Assembly (NCBI GenBank): GCA_016202435.1
Contig: JACQOR010000078.1
Location: forward strand, 4,325-68,324
Length of the DNA: 64,000 bases
Direction of reading: 5' to 3'
Source: Chloroflexota bacterium
GTDB lineage: Bacteria; Chloroflexota; UBA6077; SHYK01
The notes under the pieces are model-generated. The model was given only the letters and a program-made list of their open reading frames with translations, was not told the DNA's origin and did no database searches. Numbering within the stretch: position 1 is the first letter of the stretch; each line of letters opens with the position of its first letter. Both the position numbers and the translations under genes were made by a program. Positions 1 to 12,632 of this stretch are shown here, in pieces.

Positions 1-3000
1 CGACAGCGGGAGATCGATCAGGTTCATGCCGAGGTCGAAGGCCGTGTTGAAAGAGCGCGGCGGGCAGCGGCCGATCGAGAGCAAGAACTGCAGGGAATCC
101 GAGACGAAAAGCTCAAGGAGATCCAGTCACACCTGGATCAGCGGCTCTCTGAACTGAACGCCACCAAAGAAGTAGAGGTGAACCGTGTCACTGAGGCTGG
201 CCAGTTCATAGACGAATTGCTTTCTTCGGTGATTGGTCAGGTTACTCCGGAGGCGATCGTTTTTGAACCCACCGGAGCAACGGTCGTTCCGGTGAATGCC
301 CTGGTTGAGGCGGGCCACCAAGTTGAACTGCGCCAGACACTCGCGAAGGAAATCGAGCGCATCGAGGCCGAGGCCGAGGCTCAGGCCTCTAGATGGCGAA
401 CGTCGACAGATGATGAGATCGAGCAGGTCCATGCGGCGGTGGACGAGGTGATGGTCTCTGAGCGCGCGAAGGTCGTCAAGGAAGAAAAGGACGCCAAGGA
501 TCTCGGTGATCTTCGGATCAAGAGGATAGAGTCGATCAAACTGCTTCAGACCCTCAGTGAGACCGAATACCGTGAACTTCAGCGGGAGTGCGGCCGTACC
601 TTCAAGGCGGGAATGGGCGCTGAGGCGGTCCGTGATCTCCTCCGCCACATCGACTTGGATGCGCTCGCGACATTCTTGCGGGGGGAGATGCACTCGTCTT
701 CCGGACAGCGCCGCAAGAAGGCGACCAAGCGTCTCCGAATCGTTGAGGCTTTCCGCAAATCGGGAAACCGGCCTGAGTGGATGGTCATGGTTGTTCTTCC
801 TGTTCTCCCTCCAGATCTGAGGCCGATGGTTCAGTTGGACGGCGGCCGCTTCGCTACGAGCGATCTCAATGATCTCTATCGCCGGGTCATCAACCGCAAT
901 AACCGGTTGAAGCGACTCGAGGAGCTCGGGGCTCCGGAGATCATTGTGCGCAATGAGAAGCGCATGTTGCAGGAAGCAGTGGATTCGCTCATCGACAATG
1001 GCCGACATGGGCGGGCAGTCTCGGGCTCCAGCAACCACAAGCTCAAGAGCCTATCGGACATGCTGAAAGGTAAGCAGGGGCGCTTCCGGCAGAACCTGCT
1101 CGGCAAACGCGTCGACTACTCTGGCCGCTCCGTGATCGTGGTCGGTCCCAGCCTGCGGCTGCACCAATGCGGACTGCCAAAGCGCATGGCCCTCGAGCTA
1201 TTCAAGCCATTCGTGATGCAACGGTTGGTCGAGCGCGGTGTTGTCCACAACATAAAGAGCGCGAAGCGGGTGGTTGAACGAGTGCGCCCTGAGGTTTGGG
1301 ACGTGCTCGAAGAAGTTATCCAGGATCATCCGGTCTTGCTCAACCGTGCGCCCACGCTGCACCGGCTGGGGATCCAGGCGTTCCAGCCTGTCCTTATCGA
1401 GGGAAGCGCCATTCAGATTCACCCACTCGTTTGCGCGGCCTTCAATGCGGACTTCGATGGCGACCAAATGGCCGTGCACGTTCCCTTGTCTGCGGCTGCC
1501 AAAGATGAAGCTCGTGACCTGATGCTCTCTGTCCGGAACCTGGTTCAACCCTCGAACGGGGAACCCGTGACCGCCCCGACTCTCGATATGGTGCTGGGCT
1601 GCTATTACCTAACGATGGTCAAGCCGGGTGCGATGGGGGAGGGTCGAGCCTTTGCAAGCTTCGATGACGCTCGATTAGCCTATGAGTTGGGCCAGATTGC
1701 CCTGGCTGCGGAAATCTCGGCGCGCTCCCCGGACCTGGACGGGACGACCCGCCGAGTCACTACGAGCGCCGGCCGCATCATCTTCAATGACGCGGTCTCG
1801 CGGGTGCTGGAGGCGGCCGGAGCCGAGCCCATCGGTTTCCAGAACCAGACCATGGACAAAGGTGCTTTGAAGTCCCTCGTTGGGCGCCTCATTCGGAGGT
1901 GCGGCAACCGCATCACGGCAGGCGTGCTAGACGAGATCAAGACCATCGGTTTCCATTACGCAACCGTCTCGGGAATCACCATTGCCGTGGGGGACATCAC
2001 GGTTCCTGAGCAAAAAGGGCCGATTCTCTCAGCGGCCGAGCAGGAGGTCAGCCAAGTCGAGCGCGACTACCGCCGGGGCCTCATTACCGACGAGGAACGG
2101 TATGAAGCCGTCGTGCAGGTCTGGTCACAAGCCAAAGAGGAGATGACTCGAGCCGTTGGTGCGGCACTCGACCCCTTCGCCTCGGTTCACATGATGGCTC
2201 AGTCCGGGGCGAAAGGTAACGTTCAGCAGATCACTCAGATGTCTGGCATGCGCGGCCTGATGGCTGATCCTTCGGGACGCATCATCGAGCTGCCAATCAA
2301 GTCTAGCTTCCGCGACGGTCTTTCTGTGCTGGAGTACTTTCTTTCGACTCACGGTGCTCGTAAGGGATTGGCTGACACAGCTATCAAAACGTCTGACTCG
2401 GGGTACCTGACCCGGCGCCTCATCGACGTCGCGCAGAGCATCATCGTTTTTGAAGAAGACTGTGGCACCGAGCTCGGCATCTGGATTGAAGATGTCGGAG
2501 ATCCAGAACGCCGGCAGATTCGCTTGGATCAGCTCCCCGGACGCGTCCCGGCTGCCCCAATTATCGACCCGGACACCGGTGAGATCGTAGTGGATCGCAA
2601 CCAGGTCATGGACGAGGATCTTCAAGAGAGAATCGGGTTGGCTTCGGGCATCACCAAGATCTACCTCCGGTCTCCACTGACGTGCGAGTCGCACTACGGC
2701 GTATGCCAGATGTGCTACGGGTGGCATATGGGGACGCGCTCGCTGGCTCGGATCGGTGATGCGGTGGGAATCGTGGCCGCGCAGTCGATCGGTGAGCCGG
2801 GGACCCAGCTTACGATGCGTACATTCCATACTGGAGGCGTCGCGGGCCTCGACATCACAAGCGGCCTCCCGCGCGTTGAAGAGCTCTTCGAGGCTCGGCA
2901 GCCCAAGGGCAAGGCGCTCCTGTCAGAGATCGACGGGGTTGCCGAGCTCTCGCGTACCGAGGAGTCCCGCGTCATTCGAGTGGTCTCCCGGGAGACCTAC

Positions 3001-3915
3001 CGGGATGACCACGTTCTCGCTGACGGCTATGAATTGGTAGTTGAGGATGGCGGCTGGGTCAATGCCGGCGAACCGCTTGCAACCGCTGAGGATCAACCCG
3101 CGGTGGTGGCTCAGCTCTCGGGCACAGTAGAGGTGCGAGAAGTCAAGGAGGGTCGCAAGACCACTACGCAAGTTGGTGTTGTCGCGGAAGAGCGCGATGA
3201 GCGTGAGTACAAAGTCCCACCGCAAGCCCGCCTCCACGTCGAGGACGGCCAGATCGTTACGGGCGGCGAACAACTCACCGAGGGTGCGCGGGATCCTCAA
3301 GAGATTCTGAGTATCCAAGGCCGCGATGCGGTACAGCGGTACCTCGTTGAAGAAGTCCAGGCCGTCTATCGTGGCCAAGGCGTGACGATTAATGACAAGC
3401 ATATCGAAGTCATCGTGCGGCAGATGCTGCGCAAGCTGCGAGTTGATGAGCCCGGCGATACTAGCCTGCTGCGGGACGAGTTGGTTGACCGGTTCGAGTA
3501 CGAAGAGACTAACCGCGAGGTTCTCGCCGAGGGCGGCGAGCCGGCGACAGCGCGTCCGGTGCTGCTGGGCGTAACCAAGGCTTCCCTCAGCACAGAGAGC
3601 TTCCTCGCTGCCGCTTCGTTCCAGGAGACGACGCGCGTGCTCACTGATGCCGCGCTTATGGGAAAGGTTGACCATCTTATGGGCCTCAAAGAGAACGTCA
3701 TCATCGGCAAACTGATCCCCGCGGGCTCCGGTCTCACCGCCCGACTTGAGGCCCGGCGACAGCGGCAGCTCGCTTCGGACGCTGTGGCCGCGTTTCTCGA
3801 CTCGCCGATCGCAGTTCCCGAGGCGGCCTTTGTGGCTGGCGCGGAGCCAACCGGAGACCCCGGCGAAACCTCCGATGAAGATGAGATGTCCGGCGACACC
3901 TCTGACCGGTCTTGA
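1..3915 (+). CDS. rpoC: DNA-directed RNA polymerase subunit beta' (5'-partial, gene begins upstream of window)
   Basis: Frame 1 is open from nt 1 with no upstream stop; [18 protein letters not shown], catalytic [15 protein letters not shown] motifs; TGA at 3913-3915; acidic C-terminal tail. Confidence 0.95.
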   Translation, partial: RQREIDQVHAEVEGRVERARRAAADREQELQGIRDEKLKEIQSHLDQRLSELNATKEVEVNRVTEAGQFIDELLSSVIGQVTPEAIVFEPTGATVVPVNALVEAGHQVELRQTLAKEIERIEAEAEAQASRWRTSTDDEIEQVHAAVDEVMVSERAKVVKEEKDAKDLGDLRIKRIESIKLLQTLSETEYRELQRECGRTFKAGMGAEAVRDLLRHIDLDALATFLRGEMHSSSGQRRKKATKRLRIVEAFRKSGNRPEWMVMVVLPVLPPDLRPMVQLDGGRFATSDLNDLYRRVINRNNRLKRLEELGAPEIIVRNEKRMLQEAVDSLIDNGRHGRAVSGSSNHKLKSLSDMLKGKQGRFRQNLLGKRVDYSGRSVIVVGPSLRLHQCGLPKRMALELFKPFVMQRLVERGVVHNIKSAKRVVERVRPEVWDVLEEVIQDHPVLLNRAPTLHRLGIQAFQPVLIEGSAIQIHPLVCAAFNADFDGDQMAVHVPLSAAAKDEARDLMLSVRNLVQPSNGEPVTAPTLDMVLGCYYLTMVKPGAMGEGRAFASFDDARLAYELGQIALAAEISARSPDLDGTTRRVTTSAGRIIFNDAVSRVLEAAGAEPIGFQNQTMDKGALKSLVGRLIRRCGNRITAGVLDEIKTIGFHYATVSGITIAVGDITVPEQKGPILSAAEQEVSQVERDYRRGLITDEERYEAVVQVWSQAKEEMTRAVGAALDPFASVHMMAQSGAKGNVQQITQMSGMRGLMADPSGRIIELPIKSSFRDGLSVLEYFLSTHGARKGLADTAIKTSDSGYLTRRLIDVAQSIIVFEEDCGTELGIWIEDVGDPERRQIRLDQLPGRVPAAPIIDPDTGEIVVDRNQVMDEDLQERIGLASGITKIYLRSPLTCESHYGVCQMCYGWHMGTRSLARIGDAVGIVAAQSIGEPGTQLTMRTFHTGGVAGLDITSGLPRVEELFEARQPKGKALLSEIDGVAELSRTEESRVIRVVSRETYRDDHVLADGYELVVEDGGWVNAGEPLATAEDQPAVVAQLSGTVEVREVKEGRKTTTQVGVVAEERDEREYKVPPQARLHVEDGQIVTGGEQLTEGARDPQEILSIQGRDAVQRYLVEEVQAVYRGQGVTINDKHIEVIVRQMLRKLRVDEPGDTSLLRDELVDRFEYEETNREVLAEGGEPATARPVLLGVTKASLSTESFLAAASFQETTRVLTDAALMGKVDHLMGLKENVIIGKLIPAGSGLTARLEARRQRQLASDAVAAFLDSPIAVPEAAFVAGAEPTGDPGETSDEDEMSGDTSDRS

Positions 3916-3940
3916 CACGCTCGATGACGAAACCTAGAAT
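3912..3940 (+). promoter_or_regulatory. Candidate sigma-70-type promoter for the str operon
   Basis: TTGACA (3912-3917), exactly 17-nt spacer, TAGAAT (3935-3940); overlaps rpoC stop codon; 27 nt upstream of rpsL ATG, which has an AGAGGAG SD. Confidence 0.55.
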
Positions 3941-3966
3941 CGCCGCCTGCATCCAAGAGGAGCCGC

Positions 3967-4398
3967 ATGCCGACTATTAGCCAACTCGTTCGTAAGGGCC
4001 GAGCGCAAATCACGAAGAAGACGTCGGCACCTGCGCTGGGTTTTCAACTGAATTCATTGCGCGGGAGGCTCCGCCGTTCGGGCGGCTCGCCCCAAAAGCG
4101 CGGTGTCTGCATTCAGGTACGAACGATGACGCCAAAGAAGCCAAATTCGGCGCTGAGGAAGATCGCTCGGGTACGTCTCTCAAACGGAATGGAGGTCACT
4201 GCCTACATTCCCGGGGAGGGCCATAACCTTCAGGAGCATTCGGTCGTGCTCATTCGGGGTGGGCGCGTCAAAGACCTTCCTGGGGTGCGTTACCACGTCG
4301 TCCGGGGAGCGCTCGATGCTCAGGGGGTCCGCGATCGTAAACAGGGGCGCTCCAAATACGGATCCAAAGGGGAGACCGCACGCGCCGCTCGGCGATAA
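3967..4398 (+). CDS. rpsL: 30S ribosomal protein S12
   Basis: [35 protein letters not shown] motifs; ATG with SD. Confidence 0.97.
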   Translation: MPTISQLVRKGRAQITKKTSAPALGFQLNSLRGRLRRSGGSPQKRGVCIQVRTMTPKKPNSALRKIARVRLSNGMEVTAYIPGEGHNLQEHSVVLIRGGRVKDLPGVRYHVVRGALDAQGVRDRKQGRSKYGSKGETARAARR

Positions 4399-4462
4399 TC
4401 TGTCGAGTGGCTGGTGGTTCAGTACATGCAAGTTAGCTTTGCGCTTGAAGGGAATCTAGGGC

Positions 4463-4933
4463 ATGCCCCGTAGGACTCGGGTAGTGCACCGGGAAACGCC
4501 GCCGGACTCCAAGTTCGGTAGCCGCACGCTGCAGAAGTTCATTAACCGCTTGATGGTCAGCGGCAAGAAGGGGTTGGCAGAGAAGATCGTTTACGGAGCC
4601 TTCGACATCGTTGAGCGCCAGGCCCATCAGAACGCAGTCGACATCTTCGAGCAAGCCATGCGCAACGTGACTCCGGTTCTGGAAGTTAAGCCCCGCAGAG
4701 TTGGTGGTGCCACCTACCAGGTTCCGGTCGAGATCAGGGGTGAGCGCCGCACGTCGCTCGCGATGCGGTGGCTCATCGCCACCTCGCGAGGACGCCCGGG
4801 GAAGAGCATGGCAGAGAAGCTCGCTGCTGAATTGTTGGATGCTGCTCGGGGACAGGGCGCAACGGTGAAGCGCAAAGACGATACGCACCGGATGGCGGAA
4901 GCCAACAAGGCATTCGCGCACTACCGCTGGTAG
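4463..4933 (+). CDS. rpsG: 30S ribosomal protein S7
   Basis: 156 aa; [29 protein letters not shown]-terminus typical of S7; position after rpsL. Confidence 0.97.
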   Translation: MPRRTRVVHRETPPDSKFGSRTLQKFINRLMVSGKKGLAEKIVYGAFDIVERQAHQNAVDIFEQAMRNVTPVLEVKPRRVGGATYQVPVEIRGERRTSLAMRWLIATSRGRPGKSMAEKLAAELLDAARGQGATVKRKDDTHRMAEANKAFAHYRW

Positions 4934-4945
4934 GCGGCCTTCGCC

Positions 4946-6991
4946 GTGGATCTCACACGCATTCGCAATATTGGTGTCATTGCGCATATCGACGCCGGTA
5001 AGACGACCACTACCGAGCGCATCCTTTACTTCACCGGCAAGATCTACAAAATCGGTGAGGTACACGAAGGCACCGCGGTCATGGACTGGATGGCGCAAGA
5101 ACGCGAGCGCGGGATAACCATCACCGCCGCTGCAACCAGCGCTGAATGGCGTGACCACATCATTAACATCATCGATACTCCAGGTCATGTTGACTTCACC
5201 GTAGAGGTTGAGCGCTCCCTGCGCGTTCTGGACGGGGGCGTCGTGGTATTCGATGGCGTGGCCGGAGTGGAGCCGCAGTCCGAGACGGTGTGGCGCCAGG
5301 CTGACAAATACGGCGTGCCGCGGATCTGCTTCGTGAACAAGATGGACCGAACGGGCGCTGATTTCTATCGGACCTTTGCCATGATCTCTGAGCGGCTCGG
5401 AGCCCAGCCCGTGGCGATCCAGCTTCCCATCGGCATCGAAGCCGCCTTTGAGGGCATCGTGGATCTGCTCTCCCTAAAAGCACTGGTCTGGGGCCCAGAT
5501 CCGGACACGCCGCCGGAAGAGAAGCCGATCCCCGCAAGCATGGTGTCCGAAGTCGAGCAAATGCGGGGTGCCCTTGTCGAGCGGATCGTCGAACTGGATG
5601 AGCACTTGCTTCATCAGTATCTGGAGGGTCACGATATTCCCGTCGAGTTGCTCAAGGCAGCGCTGAGGCGGGCAACGATCGATGGCAAGCTAACTCCGAT
5701 CCTCTGCGGGTCATCACTGAAGAACAAAGGCGTTCAGCCCCTACTCGATGCCATCGTCGACTATCTGCCGTCCCCGTTGGACGTGCCCCCGGTCGCCGGT
5801 GTGCATCCACGAACTGGTGAGATCGAGGCACGTCGGGCGGTTCCAGAAGAGCCGTTGGCGGCGCTAGCCTTCAAGATCGTGTCCGATCCGTTTGTGGGGA
5901 AGCTGGCATATATCCGGGTCTATTCGGGTGTTCTGAAGAGCGGCTCATATGTCTATAACTCGACCAAAGACGAACGTGAGCGAATCAGCCGCCTGCTGAA
6001 AATGCACGCCAACCACAGGGAAGACGTTGAGGCGATTTTCCCTGGAGACATCGCGGCGGCGGTCGGTCTCAAGGTCACGGTGACAGGCGATACGCTCTGC
6101 GACTCCGAGAAACCTCTCATTCTGGAGACGATTCGTTTTCCGGAGCCTGTCATTTCGGTATCTATCGAGCCACGCACCAAACAGGATCAGGATCGCATGG
6201 TTATGGCCCTCGGTCGGCTTGGGGAAGAAGACCCGACATTCCGGATTCGAACCGATGAGGAAACGGGACAAACCCTTATTTCCGGAATGGGCGAGCTGCA
6301 CCTGGAAGTGATCGTCGATCGGCTGGTGCGGGAGTTCAAAGTCGACGCTCGGGTGGGGCGTCCCCAGGTTGCCTATCGGGAGACGATCTCCCGCAAGGCA
6401 AAAGAACAGGGACGGTACGTTCACCAGTCCGGCGGGCGAGGCCAGTACGGTGATGTGTGGCTGGAGGTCGAACCACGCGAACCCGGCTCGGGGTTCGAGT
6501 TCGTCGACAAGACCGTCGGTGGTTCGATTCCCAAAGAATTCATTCCGGCGGTGCAGGCAGGTGTCAAGGAAGCGATGGAGAACGGAGTCCTAGCTGGATT
6601 CCCGCTCGTGGACATCCGGGCGACCGTGGTGGAGGGTTCTTACCACGAGGTCGACTCGTCCGAAATGGCATTCAAGATAGCCGGATCGGTTGCCTTGAGA
6701 CGTGCCGTCGAAAAGGCCGGTCCGCGTCTGCTCGAGCCGATCATGAAGGTAGAGCTAACGGTGCCGGACGCCATGCTCGGCGATGTTGTGGGGGACCTGA
6801 ATGCGCGGCGGGGGCGGATTGAGGGCATGGACATGCGGGGAACAGCCCATACGATTCAAGGGAAAGTACCGCTCGCCGAGATGTTTGGCTACGCTACGCG
6901 TTTGCGGTCGCTGACCCAGGGACGAGGAAGCTTCTCGATGGAGTTTTCCCACTACGAGACGGTGTCAAAAGAGGTATTGGCCCGCCAATAA
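4946..6991 (+). CDS. fusA: Elongation factor G
   Basis: GTG start; G-domain [21 protein letters not shown]; 681 aa; str-operon position. Confidence 0.96.
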   Translation: MDLTRIRNIGVIAHIDAGKTTTTERILYFTGKIYKIGEVHEGTAVMDWMAQERERGITITAAATSAEWRDHIINIIDTPGHVDFTVEVERSLRVLDGGVVVFDGVAGVEPQSETVWRQADKYGVPRICFVNKMDRTGADFYRTFAMISERLGAQPVAIQLPIGIEAAFEGIVDLLSLKALVWGPDPDTPPEEKPIPASMVSEVEQMRGALVERIVELDEHLLHQYLEGHDIPVELLKAALRRATIDGKLTPILCGSSLKNKGVQPLLDAIVDYLPSPLDVPPVAGVHPRTGEIEARRAVPEEPLAALAFKIVSDPFVGKLAYIRVYSGVLKSGSYVYNSTKDERERISRLLKMHANHREDVEAIFPGDIAAAVGLKVTVTGDTLCDSEKPLILETIRFPEPVISVSIEPRTKQDQDRMVMALGRLGEEDPTFRIRTDEETGQTLISGMGELHLEVIVDRLVREFKVDARVGRPQVAYRETISRKAKEQGRYVHQSGGRGQYGDVWLEVEPREPGSGFEFVDKTVGGSIPKEFIPAVQAGVKEAMENGVLAGFPLVDIRATVVEGSYHEVDSSEMAFKIAGSVALRRAVEKAGPRLLEPIMKVELTVPDAMLGDVVGDLNARRGRIEGMDMRGTAHTIQGKVPLAEMFGYATRLRSLTQGRGSFSMEFSHYETVSKEVLARQ

Positions 6992-7141
6992 CTGGGTGCC
7001 CGAGTGGCACTACCCGCTTTCCTCTGATATATTTCAGTTTTGCGCGCAGCCCGGTCCTTGGTCCCGGCCGCAAGAATTCCCCGGGATTCTCGAAGGACTG
7101 GGCGATGTTTCTCTTTACACACTGAGAAAGGTAGTTTCTTC

Positions 7142-8341
7142 ATGGCGAAAGCTAAGTTTGAGCGAACGAAGCCACACGTCAACGTAGGCACCATCGGGCA
7201 CGTTGACCATGGCAAGACGACCCTGACTGCAGCCATCACGAAGGCGCTTGCGCTCAAGGGCGAGGCTCAGTTCCGCAGCTTCGATTCGATCGACAACGCG
7301 CCTGAAGAGCGCGCTCGCGGGATTACGATTGCCATCGCGCACGTCGAGTACGAAACTGATAATCGGCACTATGCCCATGTGGACTGTCCGGGTCATGCGG
7401 ACTACATCAAGAACATGATTACGGGCGCTGCCCAGATGGACGGGGCCATCCTCGTCGTGTCCGCTCCAGACGGGCCCATGCCACAGACTCGAGAGCACAT
7501 CCTCCTCGCGCGCCAGGTAGAAGTGCCCGCTATGGTGGTCTTCCTCAACAAAGTTGACATGATGGACGACGAAGAGCTTCTCGAACTGGTTGAAATGGAG
7601 CTTCGTGAGTTGCTCACGAAGTACGGCTTCCCCGGCGACGAAATCCCGATCGTGCGCGGAAGTGCTCTCAAGGCTCTTGAGAGCGAATCCAAAGATCTTG
7701 ATGCGCCCGAGTACGAATGCATCAGGGAACTTATGAAGGCCGTCGACGAGTACATCCCTACACCCGAGCGAGCAAGGGACAGGCCATTCTTGATGCCGAT
7801 CGAAGACGTGTTTGGCATCAAAGGGCGGGGTACCGTGGTGACTGGCCGGATCGAGCGCGGAACGGTCAAGGTCAGCGAGGAGATCGAGATCGTCGGTATG
7901 GGCGAGACCCGCAAGACGGTCGTCACCGGTGTCGAAATGTTCAAGAAGCTGCTTGACGCCGGGGAGGCTGGGGACAACGTGGGCTGCCTGCTTAGGGGCG
8001 TCGAACGCGACGAAGTCAGCCGTGGGATGGTCCTCGCGAAGCCGGGCAGTATCAAACCGCTGCGGAAGTTCTCCGCGCAGGTCTACGTCCTGTCGAAAGA
8101 AGAAGGCGGGAGACATACCCCCTTCTTCAACGGCTACCGGCCACAGTTCTACATTCGCACCACTGACGTGACGGGCAACGTCAAGTTGCCCGAGGGCGTG
8201 GAGATGGTAATGCCCGGCGATGATGTGCAGATGGAGATCGAGTTGATCGAGCCGGTGGCTATCGAAGAAGGCCTGCGATTCGCAATCCGCGAGGGCGGTC
8301 GAACGGTCGGTGCCGGCGTCATCACTTCGACGGCTGCGTGA
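7142..8341 (+). CDS. tuf: Elongation factor Tu
   Basis: [39 protein letters not shown]; ATG at 7142 chosen inside the longer ORF 7040-8341 (GAAAGG SD upstream). Confidence 0.97.
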   Translation: MAKAKFERTKPHVNVGTIGHVDHGKTTLTAAITKALALKGEAQFRSFDSIDNAPEERARGITIAIAHVEYETDNRHYAHVDCPGHADYIKNMITGAAQMDGAILVVSAPDGPMPQTREHILLARQVEVPAMVVFLNKVDMMDDEELLELVEMELRELLTKYGFPGDEIPIVRGSALKALESESKDLDAPEYECIRELMKAVDEYIPTPERARDRPFLMPIEDVFGIKGRGTVVTGRIERGTVKVSEEIEIVGMGETRKTVVTGVEMFKKLLDAGEAGDNVGCLLRGVERDEVSRGMVLAKPGSIKPLRKFSAQVYVLSKEEGGRHTPFFNGYRPQFYIRTTDVTGNVKLPEGVEMVMPGDDVQMEIELIEPVAIEEGLRFAIREGGRTVGAGVITSTAA

Positions 8342-8349
8342 GGTAGAAC

Positions 8350-8664
8350 GTGGCTCGCGTTCGGCAGCGCATCCGGATCCGTTTGAAGGCTTTTGACCAC
8401 AGAGGCCTCGATCAGGCGGCTCGGCAGATCGTTGAAACTGCTGAGCGAACGGGTGCCCAGGTGGCTGGGCCCGTTCCGCTGCCGACGCGCATCGAGAAGT
8501 TTTGTGTGACTCGGTCCCCATTCATCGACAAGGATTCGCGCGAACAGTTCGAGATCCGGACGCACAAGCGGCTAATTGACGTGTTGGATCCGAGCCCGCG
8601 CACCATCGACGCTCTCATGCGCCTCAACCTGGCGTCGGGCGTCGATATCGAGATCAAGCTCTAA
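8350..8664 (+). CDS. rpsJ: 30S ribosomal protein S10
   Basis: GTG start 8 nt after tuf stop; [10 protein letters not shown]...LPTR...SPF.DK.SREQFE pattern. Confidence 0.96.
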   Translation: MARVRQRIRIRLKAFDHRGLDQAARQIVETAERTGAQVAGPVPLPTRIEKFCVTRSPFIDKDSREQFEIRTHKRLIDVLDPSPRTIDALMRLNLASGVDIEIKL

Positions 8665-8686
8665 GCACCCGCGTCAGGAAAACGCT

Positions 8687-9331
8687 GTGATTCAGGGATT
8701 GTTGGGCCGCAAGCTCGGTATGGGCCGTATGGTAGACGGCAGCGGTGCCGTGGTCTCGACTACCGTGCTGTCCGTGGGTCCGTGCTTCGTGACTCAGATC
8801 AAGACAACTGATGGGGACGGTTACGCTGCTATCCAGATCGGGTACGAGGAGTCCTCGAAGCTGAACAAACCGCAACTGGGGCATATCACGAAAGCTACCA
8901 GGCTCCGGCTGCGTCACCTGCGCGAAGTACCGTTCGATGCAATCGGCGATGACGTGGCCGTGGGCGACAAGATTGATGCTTCGTTGTTTGTTGCTGATGA
9001 GAAGGTAGATGTCGTGGGTGTGACGAAAGGCCGCGGATTCGCGGGGACCGTCCGCCGATATCGCTTTCACGGCGGCCCCAAGACGCACGGGCAGTCGGAT
9101 CGCTGGCGCGCGCCTGGCGCCGTGGGCGCCGGCACCACCCCCGGCCGTGTCTACAAAGGCACGCGCATGAGCGGGCGCATGGGGGGTGACAACGTTACCG
9201 TGAAGCGGCTAGCAGTGCTGGCCGTCGATGCCGAGCAGGCACTCGTCGCGGTGAAAGGCTCTGTGCCGGGTCCGCGAGGTGGTCTGGTCTTGATCAAGAA
9301 ATCCAAGTCCGCCGGGCGACGGAGGCGATAG
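8687..9331 (+). CDS. rplC: 50S ribosomal protein L3
   Basis: GTG at 8687 gives (M)IQGLLGRKLGM typical L3 N-terminus; FAGTVRRYRFHGGPKTHGQS. Confidence 0.93.
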   Translation: MIQGLLGRKLGMGRMVDGSGAVVSTTVLSVGPCFVTQIKTTDGDGYAAIQIGYEESSKLNKPQLGHITKATRLRLRHLREVPFDAIGDDVAVGDKIDASLFVADEKVDVVGVTKGRGFAGTVRRYRFHGGPKTHGQSDRWRAPGAVGAGTTPGRVYKGTRMSGRMGGDNVTVKRLAVLAVDAEQALVAVKGSVPGPRGGLVLIKKSKSAGRRRR

Positions 9332-9999
9332 TGGAGGTTTCCGTTCGGAGCCGCTCACGCTCCAGCCCTCGAAAAATCACGCTAGATGACCGGACGTTCG
9401 GAATAGAGCCGAACCGGCCTGTGGTCTATCAAGCCGTCGTTACCCAGTTGGCCAACCGGCGCCAGGGGACGGCGGATACCCTGACCCGCGGCGAAGTGTC
9501 CGGAAGTACCCGCAAGATGTGGAGGCAGAAAGGCACCGGTCGGGCACGGCAGGGTGCTCGGTATGCCCCTCACTGGAAGGGTGGCGGTACTGCTTTCGGA
9601 CCGCATCCGCGCAGCTATCACCGCGCATTGCCTAAACGGATGCGACGTCTGGCCGTCCGGTCGGCACTTTCAGAGAAAATGGCTTCGGGCGATGTCGTGG
9701 TGGTGGATAACCTCGACGTGGGCGACGGGCGAGCAAAGACTCTCCGGAGCGCCCTGGCTGCTCTGGGGGTTGTCGGCAGCGTTCTCGTCATTGTGCCTGA
9801 GCGGGATCAGCCCCTGCGCCGGGCGGCGGGCAACTTCACTGACATCTTCATTGCGGAACCCAATGGCTTCGATCTGATCCAGGTCATGCAGGCCGACAAG
9901 ATCATCTTCGTGGGTGACGCGGCACAGCGGGTGAGCGACCTACTCCTAGCCCGGCCCCGCGCGGCGGTGACATCGGAGGAGAGCCGATCAGAGCCATGA
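9331..9999 (+). CDS. rplD: 50S ribosomal protein L4
   Basis: [15 protein letters not shown] motif; start overlaps rplC stop. Confidence 0.94.
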   Translation: MEVSVRSRSRSSPRKITLDDRTFGIEPNRPVVYQAVVTQLANRRQGTADTLTRGEVSGSTRKMWRQKGTGRARQGARYAPHWKGGGTAFGPHPRSYHRALPKRMRRLAVRSALSEKMASGDVVVVDNLDVGDGRAKTLRSALAALGVVGSVLVIVPERDQPLRRAAGNFTDIFIAEPNGFDLIQVMQADKIIFVGDAAQRVSDLLLARPRAAVTSEESRSEP

Positions 10000-10280
10000 A
10001 TTCATACGAGGTCCTGCGACGGCCGGTGATTACCGAGAAGAGCACGATGCTTGCCGAAGGGGGGCAATATGTGTTCGAGGTCGCTCGCAGGGCAAACAAG
10101 GTGGAGATAAGAAGAGCGGTGGAAGAGATATTCCGCGTGCACGTGCGCGCAGTGAATGTTGTCCGGGTTGAAGGCAAGCTGAAGCGGATGGGCAAGACGC
10201 GCGGCCTCACGGCCTCCTGGAAAAAAGCCATTGTTTCGCTGCAGCAAGGCGATCGCATCGAGCTGTTCGAGGGCGTCTAG
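9996..10280 (+). CDS. rplW: 50S ribosomal protein L23
   Basis: 94 aa, VLRRPVITEKS N-terminus; ATGA overlap with rplD. Confidence 0.94.
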   Translation: MNSYEVLRRPVITEKSTMLAEGGQYVFEVARRANKVEIRRAVEEIFRVHVRAVNVVRVEGKLKRMGKTRGLTASWKKAIVSLQQGDRIELFEGV

Positions 10281-10318
10281 TCCCTGGACCAATACACGGG
10301 TGAATGAGGTAATCCAGC

Positions 10319-11146
10319 TTGCCGACAAGAGTGTTCAGGCCGACATCTCCTAGCCGTCGGGCCATGGTTGGGTTCACTTTTGAGGAAGTTACGAAGGTCA
10401 AACCCGAGAAGAGCCTCATCGAGCCGCTGAAGAGCAAAGCGGGGCGCAACAACTTGGGCCGCCTGACGGTGCGCCACCAGGGCGGTGGCGCAAAACGGAT
10501 GTACCGGTTGATCGACTGGAAGCGTAACAAGGTAGACATGGAGGCGAAGGTAGCGTCTATTGAGTATGACCCCAATCGATCCGCGCGCATCGCACTGCTC
10601 GAGTATTCGGATGGTGAGAAGCGCTACATCATCGCACCGAACGGATTGAAGGTTGGCGCCACGGTGTCGAGCGGAACGACCGCCGAGATCAACGTGGGGA
10701 ATGCGCTGCCGCTGCGGAACATTCCGGTCGGCACTACCGTTCACAACATTGAATTGCGTTCCGGCCAGGGGGCACGGATGGTTCGGAGCGCGGGAAACGC
10801 CGCGCAATTGCTCGCGAAAGATGGCGAGTGGGCGCAGATCCGCCTGCCCTCGGGAGAGGTCCGGCGTGTACACCTCACGTGCATGGCTACGATTGGCCAG
10901 GTCGGAAACTCGGAACATGCCGGGCAGAAGCTCGGCAAGGCAGGTCGGAGTCGGTGGCGGGGCATTCGGCCAACCGTCAGAGGCTCTGTGATGAACCCCA
11001 GAGACCACCCTCACGGGGGTGGCGAAGGAAAGGCGCCCCGGGGTGGTCAGCCTCAGACGCCGTGGGGGAAGCCGGCCATGGGCTTCCGGACCCGACGGCG
11101 TAGGGATGCGGATCGTTTCGTTGTGCGTCGGCGCGGCTCGCGCTAG
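10319..11146 (+). CDS. rplB: 50S ribosomal protein L2
   Basis: TTG start; [28 protein letters not shown] motifs. Confidence 0.95.
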   Translation: MPTRVFRPTSPSRRAMVGFTFEEVTKVKPEKSLIEPLKSKAGRNNLGRLTVRHQGGGAKRMYRLIDWKRNKVDMEAKVASIEYDPNRSARIALLEYSDGEKRYIIAPNGLKVGATVSSGTTAEINVGNALPLRNIPVGTTVHNIELRSGQGARMVRSAGNAAQLLAKDGEWAQIRLPSGEVRRVHLTCMATIGQVGNSEHAGQKLGKAGRSRWRGIRPTVRGSVMNPRDHPHGGGEGKAPRGGQPQTPWGKPAMGFRTRRRRDADRFVVRRRGSR

Positions 11147-11178
11147 TTGACGCGTCTCCAGATCCAGGTGGAGGTATT

Positions 11179-11463
11179 GTGAGTCGCTCGCTGAAAAAAG
11201 GTCCATACGTGGACGTGAAGCTGCTGCACAAGGTAGAGATCATGAATCAGACCGGGCGGAAGGCCGTCGTGAAGACCTGGTCGAGGGACTCTACGGTTTT
11301 CCCCCAAATGGTCGGGCACACCCTGGGGGTCCACGATGGGCACCGCCACGTACCGATTTATGTCACGGAAAACATGGTTGGGCACAAGCTCGGCGAGTTT
11401 GCCCCCACGCGGCACTTCCGCGGGCATACGGCCCGTGGTGAGAAGGCGACGCGAGTTCGATGA
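11179..11463 (+). CDS. rpsS: 30S ribosomal protein S19
   Basis: [36 protein letters not shown]. Confidence 0.96.
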   Translation: MSRSLKKGPYVDVKLLHKVEIMNQTGRKAVVKTWSRDSTVFPQMVGHTLGVHDGHRHVPIYVTENMVGHKLGEFAPTRHFRGHTARGEKATRVR

Positions 11464-11487
11464 GCGGACAGACCATGGGGAAGTTCC

Positions 11488-11832
11488 GTGCCGGGAATTG
11501 AGGTTCACGCGATCGCACGCGACGTCCGCATGTCCCCGCGGAAGGTGCGACTCGTGGGCGATGCTATCAAAGGGAAGTCGCTGAGTGACGCGCTCGCGCT
11601 GCTGCGATTCATGCCGTATCGGGCGAGCACGCCGATCGCCAAAGCGGTGAAGTCGGCATCGGCGAATGCGGAGAACAATCTCGATATGGAGCCGAGCAAC
11701 CTGTACGTCGTGCGCGTGCTGACAGATCCGGGTCGGACTTTGCGAAGATTTCGGGCGAAGGCACGGGGCCGCGCAGGAGGTCTGCACAAGCGTTCGTGCC
11801 ACATCACCGTGGTCGTGGCCGAGAAAGAATAG
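11488..11832 (+). CDS. rplV: 50S ribosomal protein L22
   Basis: 114 aa, SPRKVRLV...I.G; order S19-L22-S3. Confidence 0.93.
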   Translation: MPGIEVHAIARDVRMSPRKVRLVGDAIKGKSLSDALALLRFMPYRASTPIAKAVKSASANAENNLDMEPSNLYVVRVLTDPGRTLRRFRAKARGRAGGLHKRSCHITVVVAEKE

Positions 11833-11834
11833 GT

Positions 11835-12632
11835 ATGGGACAGAAAGTTCACCCGGTGGGGTTCCGGCTCGGCATTTCTGCGGAGCGGCAGGCTCGGTGG
11901 TACGCGGATCGGCACAACTTTGCCGGTATCCTTCAAGAAGACCTGCAAATCCGGAAGAACATCTCAGGCCGCCTGCAGGATGCCGGCGTCCCGAGAGTCG
12001 AGATCGAGCGGTCAGCCAACCAGATCAGTGTAACGATTCATGCTGCCAAGCCAGGAATTGTCATCGGCAAAGGTGGCGCGAAGATTGAGGAGTTGCGTCG
12101 GATACTGGAATCGGCCACCGAAAAGCGGGTGCGGATCAACATCGTGGAGATTCGCCAGCCGGAGCTGAACGCTGCTTTGCTCGCGAGAAGCGTGGCGGAT
12201 CAGTTGGAGCGGCGGGTGGCCTTTCGAAGAGCCGTTCGACAGGCCGTGATGCGGTGTATGAGGGCGGGCGCTCGAGGGGTGAGGCTCCAGGTGGCGGGCC
12301 GTCTGGGTGGCAGCGAAATGGCTCGACGGGAGTGGGAGCGGGAGGGCCGGGTGCCCCTCCACACCTTGCGGGCGGACATTGATTTTGGTCGAGCGGAGGC
12401 GCACACGAGCTACGGTGCCATCGGTGTGAAGGCCTGGATCTACAAAGGCGAAGCTGGCGCCGCACAGGTGCCGGTGCCACCAGTCTCGCCGCCCCGCTCG
12501 ATGGGCGGCCGAACTCAAGCTGCCGTGGTAGAAGACACCGATGAAGATGTGCCGATCCCCGAAGGCCCGGCGATCTTCGAGCCAGATGAGGATGAAGGGA
12601 ACGTCGAAGGTGCTTCAACCGCGTCGCGTTAA
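11835..12632 (+). CDS. rpsC: 30S ribosomal protein S3 (with proline/acid-rich C-terminal tail)
   Basis: ATG at 11835 gives [13 protein letters not shown]; KH-domain GKGG motif; tail VPVPPVSPP...DEDEGNVEG. Confidence 0.94.
   Translation: MGQKVHPVGFRLGISAERQARWYADRHNFAGILQEDLQIRKNISGRLQDAGVPRVEIERSANQISVTIHAAKPGIVIGKGGAKIEELRRILESATEKRVRINIVEIRQPELNAALLARSVADQLERRVAFRRAVRQAVMRCMRAGARGVRLQVAGRLGGSEMARREWEREGRVPLHTLRADIDFGRAEAHTSYGAIGVKAWIYKGEAGAAQVPVPPVSPPRSMGGRTQAAVVEDTDEDVPIPEGPAIFEPDEDEGNVEGASTASR

Noticed and set aside
3967-4398. Apparent ~14-aa insertion in S12 ([27 protein letters not shown]) relative to E. coli/Thermus S12
   Set aside because: A same-length segment exists in the long-form S12 of Firmicutes such as B. 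subtilis (from memory). It is a known variant, not a novelty.
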